A stretch of 64,000 nt of DNA. It comes from an uncultured Clostridia bacterium (GTDB lineage: Bacteria > Bacillota > Clostridia > TANB77 > CAG-508). This document shows, piece by piece, positions 10,825 through 21,640 of the stretch. Under the pieces are notes generated by a model. The model made no database searches. It worked only from the letters and a program-made list of their open reading frames with translations, and had not been told where the DNA came from. A program made the translations under genes and the position numbers. Each line of letters starts with the position of its first letter. The first letter of the stretch is position 1. The stretch spans positions 4,013 to 68,012 of the forward strand of contig CANQHC010000003.1 in NCBI GenBank assembly GCA_947623595.1, in the 5' to 3' direction.

Positions 10825-11841
10825 TTAAAAATTCCATTTCATAACGGTCTTAAAATCATTGTTTAGATCCCTTTCAAATGCTTCATTTATATCATTTATA
10901 TTATTTATTTCAACTTTTTCTGATATTATATTATTTAAGTATGCTTGTATTTGTTTATCTTGTGCAAGTTCTACTGATTTTTCAAAATCTTCATAACTAC
11001 TTCTACTATTTCCTATTAATATAAGCCCCTTTTCTAATACCATTCTTGTATTAACATCAACTGGATCTTCAGATACTCCTAGTAATGAAATACATCCCTC
11101 TGGGTTTATATGTTCTATAATTTGCTCTATTGCATCTGCAGACTTTGTTCCTCCAACACATTCAAAAGCATGGTCTACTTTAAAGTTCTCATCTAATTCT
11201 GTTACCATTTTTATTTCATCTGCAAAAGAAAAATATGAAAGTTTCTCCATTCTAGTTCCTATTACTACAATTTTACTATCTGGGAAATAACTTTTTAACA
11301 ATAAAGTGGTAATATATCCAACAGTTCCACATCCCCATACACCAATTATATTTTTTCTTTCATGACTTTTTCTTAAAAATGTTTCTATACTATTTACAGA
11401 AACACTGCAAAGTTCTAATAAAGATCCCACTCCTTCTTCAATATTTCGAATAGGAATAATTCTATCACGCTCCATATAAATAGCACTTTGCATAAAACCG
11501 TCAGCTGTGCTAGAACGAAATTTTGAACTTCTTAGATAATTTTCTCTAATAATATCATCCTTTTCAGTTGGAGTATTAGGAATCATAACTACTTTTTCAC
11601 CCTTTTTATACTCACCTTTTCTATCATAGATAACTTCTCCTACACCTTCATGAATAAGAGCAAGTGGTAGCTTTCTATCTAAAATTTCTTTTTTTCTTTT
11701 TCCTTGATAATATCTCTGATCTGCTGCACAAATAGACAGGTAAGTTGGTCTTACAATCACAATATTATCTGAATATTGCTCATCTTGAAAAAAAGTCTCT
11801 AGGTTTTTTGGTGATATTAATTTTATAACTTCATTTATCAT
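10825..11841 (-). CDS. tarJ: Ribulose-5-phosphate reductase (ribitol-5-P dehydrogenase)
   Basis: SICAADQRYYQG, LALIHE, DHAFECVGG, MVLEKGL. Confidence 0.92.
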   Translation of the reverse strand: MINEVIKLISPKNLETFFQDEQYSDNIVIVRPTYLSICAADQRYYQGKRKKEILDRKLPLALIHEGVGEVIYDRKGEYKKGEKVVMIPNTPTEKDDIIRENYLRSSKFRSSTADGFMQSAIYMERDRIIPIRNIEEGVGSLLELCSVSVNSIETFLRKSHERKNIIGVWGCGTVGYITTLLLKSYFPDSKIVVIGTRMEKLSYFSFADEIKMVTELDENFKVDHAFECVGGTKSADAIEQIIEHINPEGCISLLGVSEDPVDVNTRMVLEKGLILIGNSRSSYEDFEKSVELAQDKQIQAYLNNIISEKVEINNINDINEAFERDLNNDFKTVMKWNF

Positions 11842-11843
11842 AT

Positions 11844-12557
11844 TTATTCTTCCTCATCTTTTAAATTGTTTAGCATTAAATTTGCTAATTTCAAATCATA
11901 TTTTGTTGTTACTTTCATATTGAAATTTTCACCCATAACAAGTGCAACATTTTTCTTATTTAGTACATATACTTTTGCTGCATCTGTTAAAATTTCTTTT
12001 TCTTCTTCTGTTAAGCTTTCATATGTTTGTAAAAATTCTTTAACTTTGAAGCTTTGTGGAGTTTGTCCTTGATACATCTGGTTTCTAATTGGAATATTAG
12101 AAATAACAGTTCCATCCTTTGCTTCTACAATAGTGTCTACTGCTGGAACAACAGTATCTGTTGCTCCATATTTTTTGCATAATTCTACATTATCCTTAAT
12201 AATTCTTTGAGTAACAAATGGTCTTACAGCGTCATGTGTTACTACTACATTTTCATCATCTTTATAGTTTTCGTTAATATATCTGCAAATATTCATTACC
12301 GAACCGTTTCTATTTGCTCCACCTTCAATAATATGTATTTTATCATCTTTACAATATTTTTCTACGATATCTTCAGTATAACTACGCCAATTTTCCGGTA
12401 CTGCAACAATTACTTCGTCTATTGCTGGTGAAACTAAAAATTGTTCAATTGTATGGATAATAATTGGTTTTTCTCCTAACATCAAAAATTGCTTTGGTAA
12501 ATCTGTTTTTCCCATTCTAGTACCTTTTCCTCCTGCAAGTATTCCTCCAAAATTCAT
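11844..12557 (-). CDS. tarI: Ribitol-5-phosphate cytidylyltransferase (IspD/TarI family)
   Basis: LAGGKGTRMG..LPKQF, THDAVRPF, GQTPQSF; coupled to tarJ. Confidence 0.9.
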   Translation of the reverse strand: MNFGGILAGGKGTRMGKTDLPKQFLMLGEKPIIIHTIEQFLVSPAIDEVIVAVPENWRSYTEDIVEKYCKDDKIHIIEGGANRNGSVMNICRYINENYKDDENVVVTHDAVRPFVTQRIIKDNVELCKKYGATDTVVPAVDTIVEAKDGTVISNIPIRNQMYQGQTPQSFKVKEFLQTYESLTEEEKEILTDAAKVYVLNKKNVALVMGENFNMKVTTKYDLKLANLMLNNLKDEEE

Positions 12558-12618
12558 TTTTTACTCCTCCTATATATATTTTTTTACTTTTTAATTTAAT
12601 TCTTGGACTATAAAACTT

Positions 12619-13356
12619 CTATTTTAAGGAATTATTATATACACTAACAGCTTCTTGTATGGAACCATCAAATGTAACTATTCCTTTTTCCATTACCATA
12701 CCTCTTTTGCAAAATTCCTTTGCTACACCAGTAGCATGAGTTACAAATAATAGTGTAACATTCTCTTTATTAACAATTTCATTTACCTTTTTTACGCATT
12801 TACGTTTAAATTCTTCATCCCCTACACTTAAGGCCTCATCTACTATTAAAATTTCAGGATTTATATTTACATTAATAGAAAATCCTAGCCTTGCTTTCAT
12901 ACCACTTGAATATGTTCTTACAGGTTGATCAATATATTCTTCTATTTCTGCAAAATCTATAATTGTTTGTTCAATCCCTCGTATTTCTTTGTCTTTTAAT
13001 CCTAACAATTGACCTTTTAGATATATATTTTCTCTTCCAGTAAACTCTGGATCAAATCCTGAGGTTAATTCCAAAAGTGCACTAACTCTTCCCCTGACTG
13101 TAATTTCTCCATCAGTTGGAAAACAAACTCCAGTTATCATTTTTAAAATAGTGGATTTTCCTGCACCATTTCTTCCAAAAAGAGCTACTGACTCACCTTT
13201 TTTTATTTCAAAAGATACATCATTTACTGCCTTTTTTTCTGTATATTTAATCTTTTTGCAAAATGTATATAATAATCTTCTTTTATCATTTTTAAATAGT
13301 TTATACATTTTGGTTACATGGTCAAATTTAATCACAATATCTTTTTGTTTTTCCAT
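12619..13356 (-). CDS. tagH: Teichoic acid ABC exporter ATPase
   Basis: GRNGAGKST, YSSGMKARLGF, DEALSVGD. Confidence 0.9.
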   Translation of the reverse strand: MEKQKDIVIKFDHVTKMYKLFKNDKRRLLYTFCKKIKYTEKKAVNDVSFEIKKGESVALFGRNGAGKSTILKMITGVCFPTDGEITVRGRVSALLELTSGFDPEFTGRENIYLKGQLLGLKDKEIRGIEQTIIDFAEIEEYIDQPVRTYSSGMKARLGFSINVNINPEILIVDEALSVGDEEFKRKCVKKVNEIVNKENVTLLFVTHATGVAKEFCKRGMVMEKGIVTFDGSIQEAVSVYNNSLK

Positions 13357-13409
13357 TTTCTCTAGAAAATGTGGCTTCTAAAAGCTACATTTTTAACCCT
13401 TTCTATAAT

Positions 13410-14217
13410 TTAATTTAAAACATCTGGAATTTCTTTTCTTAATTTTTTATATGCCCAAATTGTTGCTAATAATAGTATCCCAGTTATAATAACAAAATAT
13501 AATAACCTTTTTGGTTGTTCAAAAAACCAAATATGATTTATAAAACAATTTCTAAATCCACTTGTTAAATAAGTAACAGGGTTTAACATTAAAAGTTTCT
13601 TTAGCCATTGTATTTTGATTGTATCAGGATTCCATATTACACCTGATAGCCAAAATACTGCTGTTACCATAGCCTTTACTAAATTTCCAAAATCTTTACT
13701 CATAGAAGAAAGAAGAGATGAAAATAGGCTCCAAATTGTAAAGAAAATAAACATTAGTAACATATAAAATGGCATTTGAATAATATAAACTGTAGGCATA
13801 TGTCCAAATACTGTAAAAATTACAATTACTATTAATATTAAAATTAAATGTACTAAAAATTTTGAAATGCTAACAAATGTGGGTATTGTAGAAACCGGGA
13901 ATTTCATTTTAGTTACCAAATAGCTATACTTTCTAATAGTATCTGTACCAGATGTTAGCATATCACTCATATAAAACCATGGTACTACCCCCGCAACTAA
14001 CCATAGGAAAAAAGGATACCCGATTTACATCTTTTCCTGCTCTTAAACCTATTTCAAAAGCAAACCAATAAACAAATATTGTTACTGCTGGTTTTATAAT
14101 GGCCCATGCCCATCCTAAAGCTGCACCTCTATATGTTTTAACTAAATCTGCCTTTGCTAATTTTAAAATTTGTTGTCCATAAGTAATATGGTCTTTTATT
14201 ATATCTCCTAATATCAT
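13410..14217 (-). CDS. tagG: Teichoic acid ABC exporter permease, requiring a +1 shift at CGG 14022-14020 (~268 aa)
   Basis: Two ORFs join as KDVN-G-YPFFLWLVAGVVPWFYMSD when C 14022 is skipped; typical Wzm/TagG sequence. Confidence 0.9.
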
Positions 14218-14371
14218 TTGTTATTCTCCTCTTGTTTTATGTAAGTTTTTCTTTCATATTTTAACCGTTATTATCATATCATACCTAAAACTGTTTTTCA
14301 ACCAATTATGCCATATACAAAAAAAATAGTTAGCTTTTTATACTAACCATTTTATATAAATAAATTTAATT

Positions 14372-15187
14372 TTATTTACCTAACTTTTCTAAGAACATAG
14401 CAACTCCATCTTCTTCGTTAGAACCAGTTATTTCATCTGCTTCTTTTTTTACTTCTTCATTAGCATTTTTCATAGCCACACTATGTCCAGCTACTTTGAA
14501 CATTGGAATATCATTATAGCTATCTCCAATAGCTACTACATCTTTCAAATCAATATTTAGTATTTTGCAAAATTGTTTAATAGCTTTTCCTTTGCTAGAG
14601 TCTTCATTTGCAATATCATAATAAATCTTTCCCGTAGGTAAAATGTTTTTATTAGTTAAACTTTTATGCTGATTTTTTATAGAGACCTTATTAATTTTTT
14701 CAATTTCTGGTTTTAACTTTTTTATCTTTTCAAAATTCTCATCTGCAATTACACACTGAACAATATTATTTTCTTTTATAAAATTTTCAACATTATTAGG
14801 CATCTCCATTTCTGAACCATCAAATCTTTGTAATTTATTTACTACTCTATAATCTCCAACATTCATAATAAAATTAGCATCAACTTGTTCAGCCATCTTA
14901 TACAATTTTATGCAAGCATCTTTATCCATGCAATCTTCATAAAGTACCTTTTTGGTTTCATAATTATAAATTGCCCCACCATTTGAGACAATAATATACC
15001 TACTAGCATTACAATCTCTGCTTAAATTTTCTGTATATTTTCTTGGTCTTCCAGAGCATAATACTACTAAAACTCCTTTATTAGTTATATTTTTTATTGC
15101 ACTTTTATTTCTAGTAGAAATTTCCTTTTTATTATTCCTTAAAGTACCATCAATATCAATGAATATAGCTTTATACATACTCATCAC
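14372..15187 (-). CDS. Cof-type HAD-IIB hydrolase
   Basis: DIDGTL, SGRP, AIGDSYND, GVAMFL. Confidence 0.93.
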   Translation of the reverse strand: MMSMYKAIFIDIDGTLRNNKKEISTRNKSAIKNITNKGVLVVLCSGRPRKYTENLSRDCNASRYIIVSNGGAIYNYETKKVLYEDCMDKDACIKLYKMAEQVDANFIMNVGDYRVVNKLQRFDGSEMEMPNNVENFIKENNIVQCVIADENFEKIKKLKPEIEKINKVSIKNQHKSLTNKNILPTGKIYYDIANEDSSKGKAIKQFCKILNIDLKDVVAIGDSYNDIPMFKVAGHSVAMKNANEEVKKEADEITGSNEEDGVAMFLEKLGK

Positions 15188-15204
15188 TCCATTTTATTAT
15201 TTCT

Positions 15205-15789
15205 TTAAAAAGTAATAAAAGTTAATTTTTTTCTTATATTTTCTAATGCTATTTTTCTTGCACTAATTTGATTTTTCTCCTCTGGTGATAGCTCTGCCAT
15301 AGTTTTTCCATTTTCTAATTCAAAAATTTCATCAAATCCAAATCCATTATTTCCTCTAACATCACTTGCTACATACCCTTCGATTATTCCCTGTTCTGTA
15401 ATAGTTTTTTCTCCGTTTGAAATCGAAATTGCAGTAACAAATTTGATTTTTCTTTTTTCCTTTGTTACTCCTTGTAACTTTTGAAGGATAGCTAAATTTC
15501 TATCTCTATCTGTTCCTTCATGCCATCTCTTAGAATATACACCTGGAAATCCATTCAAATATTCTATTTCTATTCCTGAATCATCTGCAATACAAGTTCT
15601 TCCATTTAATCTTTTAGCAATTGTTTCTGCTTTTAAAATAGAATTACCTGCAAAAGTGGGTGCATTTTCTTCCACTTCTGAATCTATTGAAAATTCTTTT
15701 ACTGATATTATTTTATATTCATTTAAAATTTCCTGTACTTCTCTAATTTTCCCTTCATTCCCAGAAGCAACAACAATTTCTTTTTTCAT
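15205..15789 (-). CDS. rdgB: Non-canonical purine NTP pyrophosphatase (RdgB/HAM1)
   Basis: ASGNEGK, ADDSGI, GFPGVYS, GFGFDEIF, EKNQISAR. Confidence 0.92.
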   Translation of the reverse strand: MKKEIVVASGNEGKIREVQEILNEYKIISVKEFSIDSEVEENAPTFAGNSILKAETIAKRLNGRTCIADDSGIEIEYLNGFPGVYSKRWHEGTDRDRNLAILQKLQGVTKEKRKIKFVTAISISNGEKTITEQGIIEGYVASDVRGNNGFGFDEIFELENGKTMAELSPEEKNQISARKIALENIRKKLTFITF

Positions 15790-15956
15790 AATTTATTAAA
15801 ATATTCTCCCTATTCTATCCATCAATTCATATTAATTTTTCAATATAATATTACTCTTTTTGTATTGATTGGTTCTTAAATATCAATAAAAGCTATCTTA
15901 TTTTTATTATATAACATCTTTTTTATATGAGCAATAAAAATATAATAAAATATGTA

Positions 15957-16529
15957 TTAGAAGTTTTTTATATATCTATATACTTCTCCCCAATTGTTCA
16001 CTTCTGTTATGTATTCATTTTCTTCTAATTTTACTAAATTAGTATCTCTAAAATATAAAACTTTTATTTTAGCATCTGCCAAACTTTTCACTATTTTCCA
16101 GTCATCATCAATCATAATATCTACTTGTTCGTTTTTGCAAACTTCTGCTTTATTTTTACATTTCCAATAATATTTATCAAATTTAATATTATTTTCATCT
16201 AACAATCTAATTGCATCATCTTTCATTTCTGTCAGATCTCCACCTCTGGCAGTTATTACTATAAATTCATTGTTCTGATCTTTTAGCAAATTATATACTG
16301 CTAAAAATCCAGACATTAAATTGCTTTGCTTTGATATTGTCAAAAAGTAATCATTTATAAATTTTTCTTTTTGTAAATCAGACCAACTATATCTATCCTG
16401 AAATTTTGGTTCTTCTTTATTTACTAAATTATTTCCCTTTAAAACGTCAATGTCGAAAATTTCCTCATATGTTCTAAATGTAACTTGACTATCTATAACT
16501 ACTCCATCTAAATCTATTCCTATTTTCAC
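15957..16529 (-). CDS. HAD-superfamily 5'-nucleotidase-like protein
   Basis: IGIDLDGV, ITAR, MIDD, NNWGEV. Confidence 0.8.
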   Translation of the reverse strand: MKIGIDLDGVVIDSQVTFRTYEEIFDIDVLKGNNLVNKEEPKFQDRYSWSDLQKEKFINDYFLTISKQSNLMSGFLAVYNLLKDQNNEFIVITARGGDLTEMKDDAIRLLDENNIKFDKYYWKCKNKAEVCKNEQVDIMIDDDWKIVKSLADAKIKVLYFRDTNLVKLEENEYITEVNNWGEVYRYIKNF

Positions 16530-16604
16530 AATAACTCCTCCTTATTTTCTACTTATAATAAATTAAAACACGAACAATTAATTGATGAAGATTCCTATCA
16601 TTAT

Positions 16605-16646
16605 AAAAAATATGTAGTAGATAAAAATCTCCTACATATTTTTTTT
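16605..16646 (-). terminator. Hairpin terminator downstream of gltX
   Basis: aaaaaatatgtag...ctacatattttttt. Confidence 0.6.
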
Positions 16647-16721
16647 ATAATTTCAATGAATTATAAAGATTTAGCATAATGTGATTATATAAGAATCTAA
16701 CTAATCTGTCAATTATCCTAA

Positions 16722-18380
16722 TTAAAGTAATTTTACTCTTTCTACTAATTCATCTTTTCCTAGAATTCTAAGAATTTCATACAAATCAGGAGTCATTGAA
16801 GAAGTTGTAATTCCAACTCTTATTATCGTAGCTATATCTGTAATATTTCCTTTAAATTTATCAGGTTTTTCTTTATATTCTTTCATATTACCAGCATATC
16901 CATATTTTACTGCAACTTCTTTCATTTTATTAAACCATACATCTTTATCATCTTCAGCAGAATAATAGTTATTTATATAGTCATTTAATATTATTTTAAT
17001 TTCATTTATATCTTTTATATTTTGCCATTGATATTCTTTTTTGCATTCATCAAATAATTCTTTAAACATATACCAATTCAATTTTTTTACATCTGCATAA
17101 TTTGAAAAATCTTTTCTTGGTTTCTTTTGCTCTCTTTCTATGTTTAAAACTTTTATACTATATTCTTTATTTTTACTAAGCAAATCATAAAACTCATGAT
17201 CATATTCCTTAGTCCAATCTAATAAATTATCATATAATTCTACTGCTTTCATTTTTGAAATACAATTTTTAGAAATATTTATTAGTTTTGCTGTATCAAA
17301 TAATGGACTACTTCCAACTTTTGAAAAAGAAAATTCAAATTCATCTAATGAAGCATCTGGATTAGCTAATCTCCAACTTTCAAAATTAGTATTAGCTATT
17401 GTCATCAAGTATTCTTGCAATGCAACTGTAGGATATCCTCTTCTACGATAACTTTCAACAGTAAAGTCAGTATCTTTTCTTTTACTTATTTTTCTTTTTA
17501 CTCCATTAGAGTCCACAATCATGATTAAGCCCAAATGAGCATATTTAGGTTGTTCAAATCCAAATTTATTAAATAATTCTATATGTACTGGCACAGAAGA
17601 TAGCCAATCTTCTCCTCTCAATACGTGAGTTGTTCTCATTAGATGGTCATCTACTACGTGGGCAAAATGATACACTGGTATTCCATTACTTTTTACTAAA
17701 ACAATATCTTGATCATTCTCTGGAAATGTAACCTTGCCTTTAACTAAATCTTTAAATTGTATTTTTTTATCATAATTTCCTGTTGATTTTAATCTAATTG
17801 TATATGGAATTCCTTCTTTTATCTTTTTTGCTCTTTCTTCATTATCTAAATGTCTGCATCTAGCATATTCACCATAATATCCAATTCTATCCTTTATTTT
17901 CTTTTGCTTTTCTCTTATTTCATCTAATTCCTCTGCATTACAAAAACAAGGATATGCCATTCCATTTTCGATTAAATATTTTATAAATGTATCATATATA
18001 TCTTTTCTTTTACTTTGTATGTATGGTCCATAATCTCCATTTTGCTCTGTTGGTGAAATAACCCCTTCATTATATTCTAATCCTAACATTTTTATAGCAT
18101 TTACAATGCCATCTATTCCACCTTCAACTTCTCTTTTTTGGTCTGTATCTTCTATTCTTAAATAAAATACTCCATTTGTTTGTTGTGGCAACTTATTTTC
18201 TATAAAACAAGATAACATATTACCCATATGTACAAATCCTGTTGGACTAGGGGCATATCTAGAAACTACTGCGCCTTCTGGTAAATTTCTTTTAGGATAT
18301 TCCTTTTCATAATCTTCTATTGTTTTTGTTACATTTGGAAACATCAATTCCGCTAATTCTTTATTTGTCAATTTAATCAC
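16722..18380 (-). CDS. gltX: Glutamate--tRNA ligase (long form)
   Basis: RYAPSPTGFVHMGN, LRIEDTD, VVDDHLMRTTHVLRGEDW, KISKR; start may be TTG at 18371. Confidence 0.95.
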   Translation of the reverse strand: MIKLTNKELAELMFPNVTKTIEDYEKEYPKRNLPEGAVVSRYAPSPTGFVHMGNMLSCFIENKLPQQTNGVFYLRIEDTDQKREVEGGIDGIVNAIKMLGLEYNEGVISPTEQNGDYGPYIQSKRKDIYDTFIKYLIENGMAYPCFCNAEELDEIREKQKKIKDRIGYYGEYARCRHLDNEERAKKIKEGIPYTIRLKSTGNYDKKIQFKDLVKGKVTFPENDQDIVLVKSNGIPVYHFAHVVDDHLMRTTHVLRGEDWLSSVPVHIELFNKFGFEQPKYAHLGLIMIVDSNGVKRKISKRKDTDFTVESYRRRGYPTVALQEYLMTIANTNFESWRLANPDASLDEFEFSFSKVGSSPLFDTAKLINISKNCISKMKAVELYDNLLDWTKEYDHEFYDLLSKNKEYSIKVLNIEREQKKPRKDFSNYADVKKLNWYMFKELFDECKKEYQWQNIKDINEIKIILNDYINNYYSAEDDKDVWFNKMKEVAVKYGYAGNMKEYKEKPDKFKGNITDIATIIRVGITTSSMTPDLYEILRILGKDELVERVKLL

Positions 18381-18646
18381 CTTTCCTTTATCTTTTTTTT
18401 AATCATATCCATTGTTGGAAATTTTTTTCTATACTATTTTCAGCATCTATAACAATTATTCTCTAACTTCTTTTAAAAAAAGAACTTTCTTGTATATTTG
18501 TTTATCTCCTTTATTCCAAAACTGCAATAATATCATCTGAATCAATTATAATACAATCATCATTTAATATTATAACACTTTTTGTAATATTTGTTTTACT
18601 TTTTTAATTAATACATATCTTTTTTATAATTTCATTGTATTTAATC

Positions 18647-19249
18647 CTACAAATTCATTGCTCTAGCAACTTTGGGCAATGGCTGGATTTTTAAATCAAA
18701 TTTATTTTCTAGTTCATTTGCATAACTGTGAAAATTTTTTTCATCGCCATTCTTAAATTCCAACTCCATTTCCATAAAATTTTGTTTCTTTTCCCCTTTA
18801 ATCATAATTCCTCTATCAAATGAAAGCTCCACCATACAATTTTCTTTTATTTTTAACTCATATGCATTTCTATAAAACTTTAAAATACATAGTTCTATTA
18901 ATTCTTCTTTTCTCAATTTTTCACATAACTCTCTTGGGGCTCCAATATTTGGAAATTTTTCTAATGCTTTATATATATTATCTTCTTTTATTTCGTACTC
19001 TTCTCTCTTTTTACAATTACTATCACTCTTTTGTTCAATCTTTAAACAACATATACTATCTTCATTTTGTTTTCTTTTTCTTAAAGCTCCTTTTATTTTC
19101 TTAATTGTTCCATTAATATCATCATAATATATTGCTTCCATATCTATTTTAAATTCATTTATTATATATTGAGCAACAAATTCTGAGTTAACAATATTCT
19201 TAATTTTTTCTTCATTTATTAACCATTTATATTCTTGTTCCATTTTCAT
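18647..19249 (-). CDS. CYTH domain protein
   Basis: MEQEYKW, AIYYD, LRKR, SFDRG, EMELEFK. Confidence 0.85.
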   Translation of the reverse strand: MKMEQEYKWLINEEKIKNIVNSEFVAQYIINEFKIDMEAIYYDDINGTIKKIKGALRKRKQNEDSICCLKIEQKSDSNCKKREEYEIKEDNIYKALEKFPNIGAPRELCEKLRKEELIELCILKFYRNAYELKIKENCMVELSFDRGIMIKGEKKQNFMEMELEFKNGDEKNFHSYANELENKFDLKIQPLPKVARAMNL

Positions 19250-19271
19250 TACTCCTCAGATATTATATTAT

Positions 19272-20153
19272 TTAATCTTTTATTTCAATTTCTATAAATG
19301 TTATAAAAGATGGCACACTCCATAATAGATATAATAAATCATTAATTATAATACTAGCTTCTTCCATTGAGCCTGGTGCATAATATTCAATATTATCTGC
19401 ATTTTTTTGCATTGATATTTCATTTTTTAGAATTTTAATTATATAAGGATTAGTTTCTTGTACATCTTTTAAGAATTTTTTTGTCTCTTTATAATTTCCT
19501 TTTTTAAAGTTCATTATTGCCATAGGAAATAGCATAAATGCTGAATCTTCATTATATTTCTTATATAACTTTTCACATTCTTCAAATTTTTCTAAAATAC
19601 AATATAAACATATTAGCGTATATCGTATTCCCAAGTTGTCACTTTCGCATAATTTTAGCATTTCTTCACATTCATTTATAGCTTCTGTGTATCTACCTAA
19701 GTCTATTAAAATTGTAATCTTCTTATTTCTAGCTCTCATATAGGGTCTGGTTTCTAATATTCCCCAAAAATCTCCTATGTTTTCTTTGTCAAATATATTC
19801 TCTTTTTCTAATAATTTTGTTGCATGTTCAATAATATTATTATATTTTTCTAATTTCTTAATCTGATGTTCTTCAAAGTCTGCAATAAAACTTTCAGCAT
19901 CGATATTATCTGGATATATTTCTAATGCTTGCTTCGCTAATTTTATCGCTTTTGTTTTTGATGTAGCCTCAAATGCTTCTTCTAATAAATCATTCGATTG
20001 AAATTTAGGATCATCATCAAATTCGATTTCGTTATTATTCAATTTTTGTATAAAATTCTTCATTTCTTTTTCCATTTGTTCTTCATTATCAAAATCAAAT
20101 TGTTCCAAATATTTATGCATTTGTAAAAATATTTTTTCCGTTTCTTTACTCAT
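19272..20153 (-). CDS. TPR-containing protein (FWGILETRPYMRA family)
   Basis: AKQALEIYPDNIDA, FWGILETRPYMRA, DNLGIRY. Confidence 0.75.
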   Translation of the reverse strand: MSKETEKIFLQMHKYLEQFDFDNEEQMEKEMKNFIQKLNNNEIEFDDDPKFQSNDLLEEAFEATSKTKAIKLAKQALEIYPDNIDAESFIADFEEHQIKKLEKYNNIIEHATKLLEKENIFDKENIGDFWGILETRPYMRARNKKITILIDLGRYTEAINECEEMLKLCESDNLGIRYTLICLYCILEKFEECEKLYKKYNEDSAFMLFPMAIMNFKKGNYKETKKFLKDVQETNPYIIKILKNEISMQKNADNIEYYAPGSMEEASIIINDLLYLLWSVPSFITFIEIEIKD

Positions 20154-20184
20154 ATAATTCTCCCCCCTCTTTTTAGTTTATTTA

Positions 20185-20397
20185 CTAAATAATATCACAT
20201 TCGACGCGAATTCTCAACCCATTTCTCAATACCTTATTCAATTTTCCCTTTTCATCATATCCACCAATTATCACATAACCTACTAAATCATTAAAAATTT
20301 CTTGGTCAAATTCTTCCATGATATCTTTTGAATTTAATAACTCTTCAATCTTTATTAAACCATCTGAGATAGTAGGTAAGAGTATCATTATTTTCAT
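20185..20397 (-). pseudogene. Fragment resembling the C-terminus of a large serine recombinase
   Basis: EEFDQEIFNDLVGYVIIGGYDEKG resembles recombinase C-termini from memory; no catalytic domain present. Confidence 0.45.
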
Positions 20398-20520
20398 TAT
20401 TCTTCATCAGAAAACTCCGCATCCTGCCAATTTGTTCTAACATCTGTCATTAGTTTTTTTAAACTTTCTTCTGTATATTCCTGTCCTGAAGTTATTGTAT
20501 CAATGTTCCAATATTTATTT
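20398..20520 (-). pseudogene. Start-less 3' gene fragment (NKYWNIDTITSGQEY...EFSDEE*)
   Basis: Open frame ending at a TAA adjoining the next ATG; no RBS or start. Confidence 0.35.
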
Positions 20521-20621
20521 TAATTTTAAAAATTTTAATCATTTTTATCAATTTTTAAGTCTTTTTTAGGTATTCTTTTTAGTAGGTAGAAACATTTCGA
20601 TTTTGTTTATTTTTCAGTAGC

Positions 20622-20659
20622 TTACTTTAACTCGAGAACACATACACACTCCACATGTG
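20622..20659 (-). other. Displaced copy of the rlmD 3' end (HVECVCVLELK*), att junction
   Basis: Shares 16 bp ACACACTCCACATGTG with rlmD 24723-24738 and continues in frame to a stop. Confidence 0.85.
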
Positions 20660-20802
20660 TTCATGTAAAAATCCTTTGAGATTTTTTGTGATTAGCCCAG
20701 TAACTTTAATGCCTTAAAATTCTAGTAAATTTTGATACTTTTTTAGTTAATTTTAGTAATAATAATGTTTTCAAATTTTAAGGCTTTTTTGTAAATTGTT
20801 TT

Positions 20803-20827
20803 TACTTTGGTTAGATTTTTGTTAGAT
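20803..20827 (+). repeat. Putative integrase arm-binding site (copy 1)
   Basis: TACTTTGGTTAGATTTTTGTTAGAT, 24/25 identical to 24615-24639. Confidence 0.7.
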
Positions 20828-20892
20828 GTTTTTATAACAGAATACCTACTATTTATAATATTTTCTAAATTAGTTATTTTTTATAATTTTAT

Positions 20893-21640
20893 TCATAAAT
20901 TATTTTTTTTCATTATTCTAATTATTGTATGCATTTGACTAACATTATATTTGAAATTATAATCTAGCCATTCAAGACCGCCATGTATATCTGCATATAT
21001 TAGTTTTTCAATATCTTTATCGATTTCTTTTTTAGAATGTTTTTTATAACTATTTACTACTATTTCAAATTTCCTATAATCTAAATTTTCTACATCTCCA
21101 CCAGACCAATACCAAGCAACTTGTATTAATTCAATAGTTGGATTTATATATCCACTTGCTTTCCAGTCAATAATAAATGGTCTATACTCTTGCCACATTA
21201 CATTTTTTCTATCAAGATCAGTATGACTAATAATTAAATTATCATTAGCATATCTAACAGCTTTATTTGATTTTTCGTTTAGTTCATATAGTAAATCAAT
21301 ATTTTTTATTTTCTTCATTTGCCAATTTCAAATAGTTATTCCATTCAAATTGTTTTGTATTAATATTTTTTCTTCTATTATCTTCAATTTTCGAAAAATT
21401 AATATTATGAATTTTTGCTAATTCTTCTCCTATTATTTTACAATGTTCTTCAGTTATTTGTTCAGCTTTTAAAATTTTACCTTCTAGCCAATCAAAAGCC
21501 ATGAAATATCTATTGTTTATTTTTTTCATAATATCATCATTTTTTAATTTTATAGCTCCTATAGCTGTTATGCCATTTTCTTTTGCAATGTCAGTCACCT
21601 TTTCTGAAAATACAAAATTTGAATATGCCTCTTGCCTTTT
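20893..21640 (-). pseudogene. Aminoglycoside/choline phosphotransferase-like gene, 5'-deleted and frameshifted
   Basis: FDWLEG, ELAKIH in one frame; ISHTDLDRKNVMW and IIDW in the next; break near 21300 has no CGG. Confidence 0.7.

Noticed and set aside
21290-21320. Split phosphotransferase as another programmed frameshift
   Set aside because: No CGG at the junction, residues appear deleted, and neighbours are also decayed
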